Assembly (NCBI GenBank): GCA_965213685.1
Contig: CBDBZY010000003.1
Location: forward strand, 160,001-224,000
Length of the DNA: 64,000 nt
Direction: 5' to 3'
Origin: a bacterium
GTDB taxonomy: Bacteria; UBA8248
The first letter of the stretch is position 1. The number at the start of each line of letters is the position of its first letter. The notes under the pieces are model-generated. The model was given only the letters and a program-made list of their open reading frames with translations, did no database searches and was not told the DNA's origin. The position numbers and the translations under genes are program-made. Below, piece after piece: positions 8,287-18,702 of the stretch.

Positions 8287-9270
8287 ATGAAAAAAATCAC
8301 CATGATGTTCGGAGTCTTGGCCTTGGTCCTGCCGTTCCTGGCGGTGGGCGACGCCTGGAGTGCGCCCGCGAAATACGACCTGGCGGTCGGCAGCCTGCGC
8401 GGCACCATGGGCAGGCTGGGTGCGGGCCTCACCGAGATTTTCAACAAGAGGCAGAACAAGGCCATCATCAGCGTGGTGCCCGGCGGCGGCCGCGCCAACC
8501 CCGCGCGCCTCGGAACGGGCGGTGCGGATTTCGCCTATTCGTTCTCGAATTTCGCCAGCGCGGCGATCGCCGGCAAGACGCCCTACAAGAAAGCGTACAA
8601 GGACATCCGGGGCGTCGCCACGTTCTGGGCCTCTTGCTACCACCAGTATGCGGCCAAGGAGCGGTATGACGCAGGCGTCAAGACCTGGGGGGACATCATC
8701 AAGTCGAAGACGCCCCTGAAGCTGGCGCCTGCGAAAAAGGGCACCAGCTCGGAATACGTGGCGAGCCTGATCGTCAAGCACTACGGAACGAGCTACCGCG
8801 CGCTCACGAAGCGGGGCTACAAGCTCACCTTTCCGGGCGCCGGCGGCATGTCGCGCGCGATCCGGGCGCGCCAGATTGACTTCTACTTCCACAATTCGGG
8901 TGACCCCAACGGCGCGGGCATCCAGGCGGCACTAGGCAGGAATCTCGTATTCCTGGACATGGCCGACGAGGTGAAGAAAATGCTCGCGGGCCATGGGTTC
9001 ACGCCCTGCCAGATTCCGGGCGGCATCTACAAGGGAACCGACAAGCCGAAGGATTCGATGGGGCTTTCCGGCGTGCTGCTCACCACGACCAAGATGAACC
9101 CCGACGTGGTGTATTCGATTCTCAAGACGGCGCAGAGAGAGAAGAAGTTCCTCTCGAACGTCCACAAGATTTATAAAAGATGGGACCCCAAGAAGGCGGG
9201 CATGAACATCGGAGCGCCCCTGCACGAGGGCGCGAAGCGCTTCTACAAGGAGATCGGCGCGTCGAACTAG
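8287..9270 (+). CDS. TAXI-family TRAP transporter solute-binding protein
   Basis: Signal peptide, PGGGRAN, IPGGIYKG and C-terminal PLHEGAKRFYKEIG signature. Confidence 0.88.
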   Translation: MKKITMMFGVLALVLPFLAVGDAWSAPAKYDLAVGSLRGTMGRLGAGLTEIFNKRQNKAIISVVPGGGRANPARLGTGGADFAYSFSNFASAAIAGKTPYKKAYKDIRGVATFWASCYHQYAAKERYDAGVKTWGDIIKSKTPLKLAPAKKGTSSEYVASLIVKHYGTSYRALTKRGYKLTFPGAGGMSRAIRARQIDFYFHNSGDPNGAGIQAALGRNLVFLDMADEVKKMLAGHGFTPCQIPGGIYKGTDKPKDSMGLSGVLLTTTKMNPDVVYSILKTAQREKKFLSNVHKIYKRWDPKKAGMNIGAPLHEGAKRFYKEIGASN

Positions 9271-9312
9271 CCGGATTTCGGACGGGTTCCCAAGGAGAAA
9301 GAGGCGACAGGG

Positions 9313-11289
9313 ATGATGGATGGGAAAGAAAGGACTCCACTGGACTGGCTCGTTCTGGCGATAGCGGTCGGCATGTCCGTCTTTCACATCCAGGTGGCCT
9401 ATACGGGAGGGTATGAGCCGCTCTACCAGCGGGCGCTTTCCTACCTGTTCGGCATGTCCCTGATATTCATCGTCTACAGAAAACCGGCCGGGGGAGGGTG
9501 GCGCGCCGTCGCGGCGGCCGCCATCTTCCTCCTGGCGGTGCTCTCGGTCGCCTATCCGATATGGAACATCGACTATTTTCTGGACCGTCTGTATTACGTG
9601 GACCCGCTGGGTCCCGTGGACATGATCCTCGGCACGGCGGTTCTGGTGCTCACCTTCGAGGCGGCGCGAAGGACCATCAACCTGGCGCTGCCGATGATTT
9701 CGCTCTTCTTCATCGTCTATTCGTATTTCGGCCCCTATTTCCCCTGGTATCTGGCGCACAAGGGCGCCTCCTACATGCACATCGTGGATCACCAGTACAT
9801 GACCTACGACGGTCTCTGGACGGCGCCGCTGAGCGTTTTCTCGGTCTACATCTTTCTTTTCATCCTGTTCGGCGCGTTCCTGGACCGCATGGGGGCAGCC
9901 GATTTCTACGTGAAGCTCTCCGTGTCGGTCGCGGGCAAGCTGCGGGGCGGGCCGGCGAAGGCGTCGGTCTTCGCCAGCGCCATGACGGGAACCATCATGG
10001 GCAGCGCCAACGCCAACGTGGTCACCACGGGGTCGTTCACCATACCGATGATGAAGCGCACGGGATTCCGTCCGGAGATAGCGGCGGCGATCGAGACGGC
10101 GGCCTCCACGGGGGGGCAAATCATGCCGCCCGTCATGGGGGCTTCCGCGTTCCTGATAGTGGAGTTCACGGGCATATCCTACTGGGAAATCGTGAAGGTA
10201 TCGATTCTGCCGGCCGTTCTCTACTTCTTCTCCGTCTACGCCATCGTGCACCTGGAGGCCAGGAAGGAAGGCCTTGTGGGCATGTCCCGGGAGTTGATAC
10301 CCCCCCTGGGGCCCATCATGAGGGACGGGTGGTTCTACCTCCTCCCCCCCCTGGTGATTCTGGCGATCCTCATGACGGGCAGGAGCGTTCCCTATGCGGG
10401 CCTCGCCGGCATCCTGTCCGTCGTGCTTCTGGCGGGGCTGAAGGGCGCCCTCGACTTGCGGGAAAAGGCCAGGAGGGAGGGCACGAGCGTAGGCGAGGTC
10501 GCGCGCGAGGTGGGCAGGGGGCTTTGGAACATCGTCCTGGCACTGGAGAAAGGGGCGGTGCAGTCGCTCCCCATATGCGCGGCCGTGGGCGCGGTGGGCA
10601 TCATCATGGGCGCCTTGTTTCAAACCGGCCTGGGCCTGAAGTTCTCCTCCCTGGTCACGAACCTGGCGAATGACAACCTGTTTCTGGGGATTCTCCTGGT
10701 GGGCGTGGCCTCGTTCGTGCTCGGCATGGGCCTGCCGACGAGTGCGGCCTACATCGTCTTGTCGGTCATGGCGGTGCCCGCACTCCTGGAGCTGGGAGAG
10801 CCATACAAGCTCTCGCTTCTCTCCGCCCATCTCATCGTGTTCTGGTATAGCCTGGACAGTTGCTTCACGCCCCCGGTATGCGTGCCGGCCTATACGGCGG
10901 CGGGCATAGCGGACGCCAATCCGGGGAAGGCCGCCTGGGCGTCTTTCCGTACGGCCAAGGGCATGTACATCCTGCCCATGATGTTCGCCTTCACCCCGAT
11001 TCTGCTGATTCGCCAGCCCTGGTTGTCGCTGGAGACCTTCGCCGCCGCCCTGCTCGGCTTCCAGGCACTGGCCGCCGCCATGGTCGGGTTCATGTATTTT
11101 TCCTTCTCCGGGCCGGTGCGCGCACTCCTTTTCCTCTCGGCGGGGCTCTTGTTCTGGCCGGGGTATGCGAACCACCTGGCCGGTGCAATCCTGCTGGGCG
11201 CGGTGTTCCTCACGCAGCGCAGACGCCTCGCGAGAGAGGGAGAACCCGCCCCCGCCGCCGTCGCCGCCGGGCAGGCGGGCTCCGTATAG
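9313..11289 (+). CDS. TRAP transporter fused 4TM/12TM permease (TAXI-associated)
   Basis: GGPAK, ANVVTTGSFTIPMMKRTG, ASTGGQIMPPVMG, LGMGLPT and TPPV motifs. Confidence 0.93.
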   Translation: MMDGKERTPLDWLVLAIAVGMSVFHIQVAYTGGYEPLYQRALSYLFGMSLIFIVYRKPAGGGWRAVAAAAIFLLAVLSVAYPIWNIDYFLDRLYYVDPLGPVDMILGTAVLVLTFEAARRTINLALPMISLFFIVYSYFGPYFPWYLAHKGASYMHIVDHQYMTYDGLWTAPLSVFSVYIFLFILFGAFLDRMGAADFYVKLSVSVAGKLRGGPAKASVFASAMTGTIMGSANANVVTTGSFTIPMMKRTGFRPEIAAAIETAASTGGQIMPPVMGASAFLIVEFTGISYWEIVKVSILPAVLYFFSVYAIVHLEARKEGLVGMSRELIPPLGPIMRDGWFYLLPPLVILAILMTGRSVPYAGLAGILSVVLLAGLKGALDLREKARREGTSVGEVAREVGRGLWNIVLALEKGAVQSLPICAAVGAVGIIMGALFQTGLGLKFSSLVTNLANDNLFLGILLVGVASFVLGMGLPTSAAYIVLSVMAVPALLELGEPYKLSLLSAHLIVFWYSLDSCFTPPVCVPAYTAAGIADANPGKAAWASFRTAKGMYILPMMFAFTPILLIRQPWLSLETFAAALLGFQALAAAMVGFMYFSFSGPVRALLFLSAGLLFWPGYANHLAGAILLGAVFLTQRRRLAREGEPAPAAVAAGQAGSV

Positions 11290-11461
11290 GGCGAACGCCG
11301 CGCGCACGCGCCCCTCGTGGAGGAGAAGCGGGGCTTTTCCGCCGCCCCGCCGGACGTGGGTCGCGTCGTGGAATGTGGAATACGGCGCGGCGGCGCCGGG
11401 AGCCATGGGGAGGGGCCGGACGAGAGCGTTTCGGACGTGTCCGCATCCAGGAGTTTTGCGC

Positions 11462-12370
11462 TTGGCCATCACGTTGCTGGAGAACTTTCGCGCCGTTTTC
11501 TACGCGCCGTTTTACGCCGCCTTCGCACTCGGAGCCTACGAGGAGGAGGGGGTGGACGTTCGTCTGGCGCAATCCCCCGACCCCTCCCAGACCGCGAACG
11601 TCCTGATGTCCGGTGCGGCCCACGTCAGCTGGGGCGGCCCCATGCGCGTCATGGTGGCCTATGATCGGGTGCCCGCGTGCGATCTCCGGATCTTCTGCGA
11701 GGTCGTTTGCCGGGATCCGTTCTTTCTGGTCGCCAGGGAGCCGAACCCCCGGTTTCGGTTGCGCGATCTGCTGGGCAAAAGGGTGGCCACGGTGAGCGAG
11801 GTGCCCACCCCCTGGATGTGCCTCCAGCACGATTTGCGCCTGACGGGACTCGACCCGGGGGTGCTGGATAGAATTCCGGATCGCGCGATGGGGGAGAACG
11901 CGGCGGCCCTGCGCGCAGGCGACGCGGACGTCGTCCAGGTGTTTCAGCCCTTGGCGGAGGAGTTGGTCGAGGAGGGCGCCGGCCACGTCTGGTATGCGGC
12001 GGCGGCGCGGGGCTTGACGACGTATACGGCGTTTTACGCGACGGGCGAATTCTTGCGCGACGAGCCGGAGGCCGCCCTCGGCATGACGCGGGCGATGGGC
12101 AGGACGCAACGCTGGCTCGCCGGGAACGACGCAGAGGAGGTCGCCCGGCTCGTGAGGCCCTATTTTGGGGACGCTCCCCCGGAGCTTCTGGCGAGGGCGA
12201 TCGCGCGATACCAGAAAATCGGCCTCTGGAACCAAAAAAGCCCCCGCCTGGCGCGCGCGAGTTTCGAGTGGCTGCAGGCCGCCTGCCTGAGCGGCGGGCT
12301 CATCCAGACGGGCGTCCCCTATGAGCGGGCGGTGGATATGCGCTTCGTGGATGCGGCGGCCGCCGCGTAG
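11462..12370 (+). CDS. NMT1/THI5-like (SsuA/TauA-type) substrate-binding-fold protein
   Basis: ENFRAVFYAPFY, WGGPMR and RDPFFLV; AGGAG then TTG; no obvious signal peptide. Confidence 0.75.
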   Translation: MAITLLENFRAVFYAPFYAAFALGAYEEEGVDVRLAQSPDPSQTANVLMSGAAHVSWGGPMRVMVAYDRVPACDLRIFCEVVCRDPFFLVAREPNPRFRLRDLLGKRVATVSEVPTPWMCLQHDLRLTGLDPGVLDRIPDRAMGENAAALRAGDADVVQVFQPLAEELVEEGAGHVWYAAAARGLTTYTAFYATGEFLRDEPEAALGMTRAMGRTQRWLAGNDAEEVARLVRPYFGDAPPELLARAIARYQKIGLWNQKSPRLARASFEWLQAACLSGGLIQTGVPYERAVDMRFVDAAAAA

Positions 12371-12552
12371 GAGCCTCAAAACGCCCCCGCTGCAGACTCC
12401 CCGCAGCCGGGGACGCGCGGGCGCGTCCGCAAGGGCGGATGTGAGGCGGGCTTGCGGGTTTTGGGAAAAAACCGGATGATGAAGCGTCATTCCCGGGCGG
12501 AGGAAGGGGCGTTCTCTCGATTTCCTGAAACGAGGAGAGGAGCGAAGAAACC

Positions 12553-12885
12553 ATGAGCGGCGAACTTGCGGCCAAAGAATGCGTGCCTTGCAAAGGGGGC
12601 GTGCCTCCCCTGGAAGGGGATGCGCTTTCCGCCCTGCAGGAGCAGCTGGGCGGCGACTGGCGCGTGGTGGACGGGCATCACCTGGAGAAGGAATACCGGT
12701 TTCCCGACTTTCAGACGGCTCTCGACTTCACGAACCGCGTGGGCGAGATGGCCGAGGCGCAGGGCCACCACCCCGACATCCATCTGGCGTGGGGGAAGGT
12801 GAAGGTCGTCGTCTGGACGCACAAGATAGATGGCTTGACGGAGAGCGACTTCGTTTTCGCGGCCAAATCGGACCAGGCGCTGTAG
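12553..12885 (+). CDS. phhB: Pterin-4-alpha-carbinolamine dehydratase
   Basis: CVPCKGG, AEAQGHHPDI, WTHKIDGLTESDF. Confidence 0.92.
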   Translation: MSGELAAKECVPCKGGVPPLEGDALSALQEQLGGDWRVVDGHHLEKEYRFPDFQTALDFTNRVGEMAEAQGHHPDIHLAWGKVKVVVWTHKIDGLTESDFVFAAKSDQAL

Positions 12886-12948
12886 GCGGGACGTCTTCAT
12901 CGGCGGGCGCGGGTCCGCGCACGCGCCTCTGCGCTGCGGGGAGAGAAC

Positions 12949-14025
12949 TTGCGGGTCGCTTTTCTGAACTCCTGGATGCTCGACGCGGCGCGAGGCTCGG
13001 GCACGGCGGCGGCCATCACGGGGCTGGCCGGCGGGCTGGAATCCGGCGGGCACGCGGTGGAGATCGTCGGCCCCCAGGAGCGCGCCTCCAGCCTTCTGCT
13101 CCAGCGGCTCCTGTATAACCTGGAGCTGGGCGGGCGCGCGTCGTTTGACGATTTCCACCTCGTCGTGGGCTTCGACATCGACGGCTTCGACCTGCGCCTC
13201 CGGGCGCCCTTCATCGTCTTCCTGCACGGGATCGCCGCCGACGAGATGCGCTTCGAGCGGGGCGCTCCACGCCAGTATCTGCGCGCCCTCTCCCACCTGG
13301 AGCGCGCCAACGCGCGCCGCGCCGACAGGGTCATCGTCACCAGCGCATACAGCCGGGAGGTGGCCTGCGAGGCGTATGGCCTGCCGGCGGAGAAGGTCGG
13401 CGTCGTGCCGAACGGGATATGGCCGCCCGACTGGGAGCGCGTGCGGGGGATGCGGAAATCGTCGGGCCAGACCATCCTCTCCGTGGCGCGGCAATACCCC
13501 CGAAAAAACACCAGGCGCCTGATTCACGCCATGCCGCGCGTGCGCGCGCGCCTGCCGGGTGCGCGGCTGCGCGTCGTGGGCGGCGGGCCCTGCCTCCGCG
13601 CCCTGGAGAAGCAGACCCGAAGCCTGGGCCTGGACGACGCCGTGACGCTCCTGGGCGAAGTGCCCGGGGATGAGGTTGTGCGCCGGGAATACGCGGCGGC
13701 GGATGTCTTCTGCCTGCCCTCGCTGCAGGAGGGCTTCGGCATCGCGTTTCTGGAGGCGATGGCGGCGGGCCTGCCCGTGGTCGGGCTACGGACGGCCGCG
13801 ACGCCTGAGGTCGTGCGCGATGCGGGGGTGCTGCTGCCGCCGGAGGAAGCCGCCATCCCCGAGGGTGGAGGGAGCGAGGACGCCCTGGCCGACGCGCTCG
13901 TCGCCCTGCTCGGCGATGCGGCGCACCGCGAGCGGATCGGCCGCCGGGGGGTCGCGCGCGCGGCGTCTTTTGGCTGGCCCGCCGTGGCCGAACGCTTCAT
14001 GGCCGAGGCGTCGGGCTGCCTCTAG
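12949..14025 (+). CDS. Glycosyltransferase family 4 (GT-B)
   Basis: VVPNGI, PRKN, DVFCLPSLQEGFGIAFLEAMAAGLPVV. Confidence 0.9.
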   Translation: MRVAFLNSWMLDAARGSGTAAAITGLAGGLESGGHAVEIVGPQERASSLLLQRLLYNLELGGRASFDDFHLVVGFDIDGFDLRLRAPFIVFLHGIAADEMRFERGAPRQYLRALSHLERANARRADRVIVTSAYSREVACEAYGLPAEKVGVVPNGIWPPDWERVRGMRKSSGQTILSVARQYPRKNTRRLIHAMPRVRARLPGARLRVVGGGPCLRALEKQTRSLGLDDAVTLLGEVPGDEVVRREYAAADVFCLPSLQEGFGIAFLEAMAAGLPVVGLRTAATPEVVRDAGVLLPPEEAAIPEGGGSEDALADALVALLGDAAHRERIGRRGVARAASFGWPAVAERFMAEASGCL

Positions 14026-14050
14026 CGATTCCGTCTCTCTCCCTTGACGC

Positions 14051-14100
14051 TGACGGGAGGAGCGGGCGTGGAGGGGGAGGCGACTCCGCTCCCCCCGTCA
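14051..14100. repeat. GC-rich inverted repeat between convergent genes (REP-like or bidirectional terminator)
   Basis: TGACGGGAGGAGCGG pairs with CCGCTCCCCCCGTCA (15 bp, one mismatch). Confidence 0.55.
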
Positions 14101-14184
14101 AGAGAAATCGAAATCGCTTCCCTTACAACACAACGAGGCGCGCGATACGGGAGGCATCTCCCCCTCCCCTCCCCCCGCTGCGGC

Positions 14185-16050
14185 TCAGAAGGCGGTGCGC
14201 AAGACGATCGCCAGCCGGTGGCTGCGGCGCGACCCGTCGCCGAAGCGGCCGGCGTAATCCGCCAGGAGGCTCGCGCGCTCGCCCATCTTCGCGCTCAGGC
14301 CGAGGTGCGCGCTCACCGACTGGCCCGGCGGCTCGAAACCCGGGAGGGTAAAGCGTCCGGGCATGGTGTTCGAACCGGCGGAGACGAGGACGGGCTCGTC
14401 CCGCAACTCCCGCTCGTAGGCGACGCGGGCGTAGGGGCGAATCTCCCCCGCGCCCGCCCCGATCCGCCCGGCGTACTGGTAGCCCGCGCGCGCGATGAGG
14501 GAATCGTGGTCGAAGTCCAGAAAATTCATCGCGGTGGAGGAGCGTCCGCTCTCCCGGTAGCCCCGGACCTCCTGGTCGACGTAGGACACGCCGAGGAAGG
14601 GGCCGTGCCGGAGCCCCGCGCGCTCGCCGAAGAGCCAGCCGAGGCCGAGGTCGCCGCCGAACTGGGCGGCGGTGGTGTCGCCGCCCTCGGAGCGTGTCGC
14701 CGTCCCCGCCAGGGGAACCGTGCGGCTGACCTCCACGGACGTTCCGCCCAAGCGCAGGGCGCCGTGCAGATAGAGGGCGCCGCGCCGCCAGGTGCCGTGC
14801 ATCGAGCCGAGCGCCACGGTGCTGTCCAGGTTCGCGCCCGAGAGGTCGCTGTCGTGGCGGGCGACGCTCACCGCCGCGCCCCAGTCGAGGTCGGCCCCCG
14901 CGCGGTGGCTGGCGCCCAGGGTGATCATCCGCATGTCGGTCCGGGTTTCGCCGAGGCGCGCGAGGACGTCGACGTCCTCCTTGCCGACGCGCCCGGTCGC
15001 GTAGGCGCGCCAGCTCCCGATGGGCCGATCCTGCGCGAAGTCCAGGCTCCGCTGCGCGGCCACGGCGTCGCGGTGCGCCTCCGCCGCGTCGAGTCCCGCC
15101 TTGCCGGCGAGCGAGACCTGGAGCGGCGCCGCGAGCGCGGAGACGACCATGCCGGCGATGATCGCCTGGCCCGCCCCGCTCGGGTGGCTGCGGTCCGCGA
15201 ACAGATACCTCTGGTTGTCGCCGGGGGCGTAGGTGACGGCATAGCCGGAGCCCTCCGGGCCGCAGGTGACCGCGTTCGCGCCGAAGGGGCGGCAGGCCGT
15301 TCCGGCCACGTGGGTGATGCCGTGCCCCTCCGGGTCCGCGGCGATCTCCTCTATCGCGCCGGAGATGTTGATGGGGATGATTCCCTCCTCGCGCCCGCGC
15401 AGGCCGGCGCGGAGGCGCTCGTTGTAGGCTTTGCTCAGCGCGCTCAGCACGGCCCGGGTGGTTGCGGGAAAGGTGGCGGCGAAAGGCGTCAGGCCGATGT
15501 TGGGCAGGTTGTACACCACAATGTGGCGGGCGCCGGCCTCCTGGAGGCGTCGTATCTGTGCGGCGGCGACATCGGCGGCCGCCAGCGTGTGGGACTGCGC
15601 GTTGGCCGTGCCCAGGAGGAGGTCCGCCGTCGCAGCCGCGTCAATGTCGTTCACCCCGCCCCAGACGAGGTATAGCGCACGGGAGTCGGCGCGCCCGCCC
15701 GGCCGCGCGGAGAGGTAGCCGTCTATCTGTTCCGGGATCGTCGGCACCGCCTCCTGCAGGCAGGGGCCGTCCGGATTCATGCAGGCTCCGCCCCAGGCGT
15801 GGTTCGGCCCGCCGGCCAGCGAGTTCTTGCTCGACGCGCCGAAGGTGCGCGCGATGATCGCGGCGGAGATCGGGTCGGGGTTGGTGGTGAAGCTGCTGCC
15901 CGCCGGCAGGTTTAGCTGCTGGGCCACGTTGCCGGTGTCGCTCAGGCTGTCGCCGAACACGACGACGTCGCCAAAGCTCTGGGCCGACGCGCTCCCCGCG
16001 AGGCCGAGGAGGAGGAGAAAGACGCCGATTGCGGGAAAATGACGGGACAT
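14185..16050 (-). CDS. GDSL lipase/esterase autotransporter (EstA-like)
   Basis: Signal peptide, VVFGDSLSDTGN, WGGVND, FADRSHPS (DxxH), and a C-terminal beta-barrel ending in F. Confidence 0.9.
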   Translation of the reverse strand: MSRHFPAIGVFLLLLGLAGSASAQSFGDVVVFGDSLSDTGNVAQQLNLPAGSSFTTNPDPISAAIIARTFGASSKNSLAGGPNHAWGGACMNPDGPCLQEAVPTIPEQIDGYLSARPGGRADSRALYLVWGGVNDIDAAATADLLLGTANAQSHTLAAADVAAAQIRRLQEAGARHIVVYNLPNIGLTPFAATFPATTRAVLSALSKAYNERLRAGLRGREEGIIPINISGAIEEIAADPEGHGITHVAGTACRPFGANAVTCGPEGSGYAVTYAPGDNQRYLFADRSHPSGAGQAIIAGMVVSALAAPLQVSLAGKAGLDAAEAHRDAVAAQRSLDFAQDRPIGSWRAYATGRVGKEDVDVLARLGETRTDMRMITLGASHRAGADLDWGAAVSVARHDSDLSGANLDSTVALGSMHGTWRRGALYLHGALRLGGTSVEVSRTVPLAGTATRSEGGDTTAAQFGGDLGLGWLFGERAGLRHGPFLGVSYVDQEVRGYRESGRSSTAMNFLDFDHDSLIARAGYQYAGRIGAGAGEIRPYARVAYERELRDEPVLVSAGSNTMPGRFTLPGFEPPGQSVSAHLGLSAKMGERASLLADYAGRFGDGSRRSHRLAIVLRTAF

Positions 16051-16321
16051 GTGCGGGACTCCTTTGGTTCCGGGGAGAGCGTGACGCGAATGGGTCGGGC
16101 CTGTCCTCTGGCTTGGGCCGCAAGATATCGGGTCACGCCGCGCGCGGCAAGCGCAGCGTCCTCTCGCGCAGCTCCCCCCATCCGGGGGAGGGGAGACCCC
16201 GCATCGGCGTTTTCCGGGAGCGGGAGGGGAGGCGGGAGAGTGAAAGGCCGGTGCGATGGCCGCGCAGAAATGGTATGGTGGTGCGTCTGTTCTCATAGCG
16301 CGATCAAAGATGGGGTGCCGC

Positions 16322-16585
16322 ATGGCGGATGGGCTGGCCGGATTCAGGGAGCGGATCGATGCGTGCGATGAGGCGATAATCCGCCTCATCAACGAACGGC
16401 TCCGGATATGTCTCGAGGTGGGCGAATACAAAAGCGCGCGGGGTATCGCCGTGAAGGACGCAGCGCGCGAGAGCGAGGTCATCGCCAGGGTGCTGGGCAA
16501 CAACGCGGGCCCGTGTCCGCCCGACGCCGTGGAGCGGATCTATCGCGTCCTGATAGACACCGCCGTGCGCCTCGAGGAGGAATGA
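16322..16585 (+). CDS. Monofunctional chorismate mutase (AroQ type)
   Basis: FRERIDACDEAIIRLINER...GEYK...DAARESEVI. Confidence 0.85.
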   Translation: MADGLAGFRERIDACDEAIIRLINERLRICLEVGEYKSARGIAVKDAARESEVIARVLGNNAGPCPPDAVERIYRVLIDTAVRLEEE

Positions 16586-16750
16586 CGCCCAGGGACCGAC
16601 GCCGCCGCGTCCCCCGAAAAAGGACGGGAATCGTGCGCCCCTCCGCTCCGACGGGAGGGGTTTTTTCGCCACGCCGCGCAGGATAGGCCTGGAGGGTTTT
16701 TCAGGCTCCGCCCCGCGCTGGAATCATCGTCGCAGAGGGAGAATCCCCGC

Positions 16751-18085
16751 ATGGAAAATTTCTGGCTCCCCGCCCTGGGGGCCGCGCTCCTCACGGGGTG
16801 CGTCTGGTTCGTCTGGAGGTCGCGCGCATCGGGGCTGGAGAAGATGCTGGCGAAAGCCGAGGAGGAGGCGGCGAGAGCCGGGGCGTCGCTGGCCGCCGAG
16901 CGGGAGAAGAGCGCGACGCTGGCCGCCGCGTGCGCGCGCATGGAGTCCGACCTGGCGCACGAGCGGGAATCGGCGCAAGAGAAAATCGGCCTCCTGCGCC
17001 GCGCGGAGAGGGAGATGCGCGAGAGCTTCAGCGCACTGAGTGCCGATGCGCTCAAGAGCAACAACGCCTCTTTTCTGGAGTTGGCCACGACGACGCTCGA
17101 AAAATTCCAGAGCGAGGCCAAGGGCGACCTCGCATTGAGCCAGAAGGCGGTGGAGAGCCTGGTCGCCCCCATCCACGAGTCGCTCGAGAAGGTGAAAGGG
17201 CATGGGGATGCGCTGGAAAAAGCCAGGCGGGAGGCCTATGGCGCGCTCACCGAGCAGGTCAAATCCCTGATGGGAGCACAGGAGAAGCTCCGCTCCGAGA
17301 CGGGAAACCTCGTCAAGGCCCTGCGCGCCCCGCAGGTGCGCGGACGCTGGGGGGAGATGCAGCTTCGCCGCGTGGTGGAGATGGCCGGCATGGTCGCCCA
17401 TTGCGATTTCGTGGAGCAGCAGACGCTCGACGCGGACGGCGCGCGTCTGCGCCCCGACCTCATCGTCCAGCTCCCGGGCGGGAAGAACGTGGTGGTGGAC
17501 GCCAAGGCGCCGCTCGACGCCTACCTCAACTCGGTGGAGGCGGAGGATGAGGACGCGCGCCGCGCGCACCTCGGAGAGCACGCCCGCCAGATTCGGGACC
17601 ACATCAAGACGCTCAGCTCCAAGGAGTATTGGAATCGGTGCGGCGCGACGCCCGAGTTCGTGGCGATGTTCCTCCCCGGGGAGAGTCTGTTCAGCGCGGC
17701 ACTCGAGCAGGACCCCGGCCTGATAGAGGAGGGGGTGAGCCAGCAGGTGATACTGACCACGCCCACGACGCTCATCGCCTTGTTGCGCGCGGTGGCCTAC
17801 GGCTGGCGGCAAGAGAAGGTGGCCGAAAACGCCCAGGCGGTGAGCGCGTTGGGGCAGGCGCTGTGCGAGCGGCTCCACACGCTGGCGAAGCATTTCGTGA
17901 AGATGGGCGAAAGTCTGGACAAAGCGGTGGACTACTACAACAAGGCGGTGGGTTCCTACGAATCGCGGGTGCTGGTCTCCGCGCGGAGGTTCAGCGACTA
18001 CGGAATCGCCTCGGCTGACGACATGGAGGTGATGCGTCCCGTCGAGAAAACCCCGCGCGCCCTGCGGGGAGTGCCCGACTCCTGA
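16751..18085 (+). CDS. rmuC: DNA recombination protein RmuC
   Basis: N-terminal TM and coiled coil, RGRWGEMQL, RPDLIVQLPG, VVDAKAP, FVAMFLPGE. Confidence 0.93.
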   Translation: MENFWLPALGAALLTGCVWFVWRSRASGLEKMLAKAEEEAARAGASLAAEREKSATLAAACARMESDLAHERESAQEKIGLLRRAEREMRESFSALSADALKSNNASFLELATTTLEKFQSEAKGDLALSQKAVESLVAPIHESLEKVKGHGDALEKARREAYGALTEQVKSLMGAQEKLRSETGNLVKALRAPQVRGRWGEMQLRRVVEMAGMVAHCDFVEQQTLDADGARLRPDLIVQLPGGKNVVVDAKAPLDAYLNSVEAEDEDARRAHLGEHARQIRDHIKTLSSKEYWNRCGATPEFVAMFLPGESLFSAALEQDPGLIEEGVSQQVILTTPTTLIALLRAVAYGWRQEKVAENAQAVSALGQALCERLHTLAKHFVKMGESLDKAVDYYNKAVGSYESRVLVSARRFSDYGIASADDMEVMRPVEKTPRALRGVPDS

Positions 18086-18145
18086 TTCGCATCCCCGCGC
18101 GTCCCCGCCCGGCGGAGGCTGACCCCTGTCTTCGCTCCCCCCCGC

Positions 18146-18702
18146 CTAGAGGCGTCTGAGATAGGGGTGCTTTCTTCGCATCCCGTCCTGCAACCAGCGC
18201 GGGTAGTCCCCCCAGCATGCCTCGACGTGGTCGAGATCGTCCGCGTCGGGGTCCAGGTCGTTGAGGCGGAGCGTGGGCGGAAGCCGCAGGGGGATGGCGA
18301 TGGTCTCGCCCCGGAGCGCCAGGATTTTGCGGGCGCCTATGAGGCGCCACCGACCGTCTTCCGCCTCTTCGGTGGCGTGAAAGCCCTTGACCACCTGATG
18401 GAGATAGCGGCTGAAGACCGCCAGGTTTTCCTCGAACTCCTCCAGGGGCGCGACGCTTTCGGCCTCGAAATGGAGGCGCCCCTCGCGGATTTTTCGGACG
18501 ATCTCCCAGATGGGCATCTGCGCGGTGAGTGGCAGGTATTCGTCCACGACGCAGTCGGCGAGGTTGTATTTGTCCGCGCCCCGGAGGGTGAGGTCGAAAT
18601 AATAGCGGTGCTGGCACAAGGGCAGGTCCCTCTTGGCGGCCCGGCGGCTATCCCCGCGCAAAAGTCCGGCTTGCGGTGGATTTTGTCAAGACATGGGTTC
18701 AT
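18146..18702 (-). CDS. Hypothetical protein; 5' end probably frameshifted
   Basis: Coding-like ORF 18146-18661; a better start (GGGGA then ATG at 18702, MNPCLDKIHRKPDF) lies in another frame across TTTT/GGGG runs. Confidence 0.5.

Noticed and set aside
18662-18694. In-frame ATG-TCT-TGA upstream of the 18146-18661 ORF as a Sec codon
   Set aside because: Only a weak hairpin without a GGTC loop and no motif context; a frameshifted start at 18702 explains it better.
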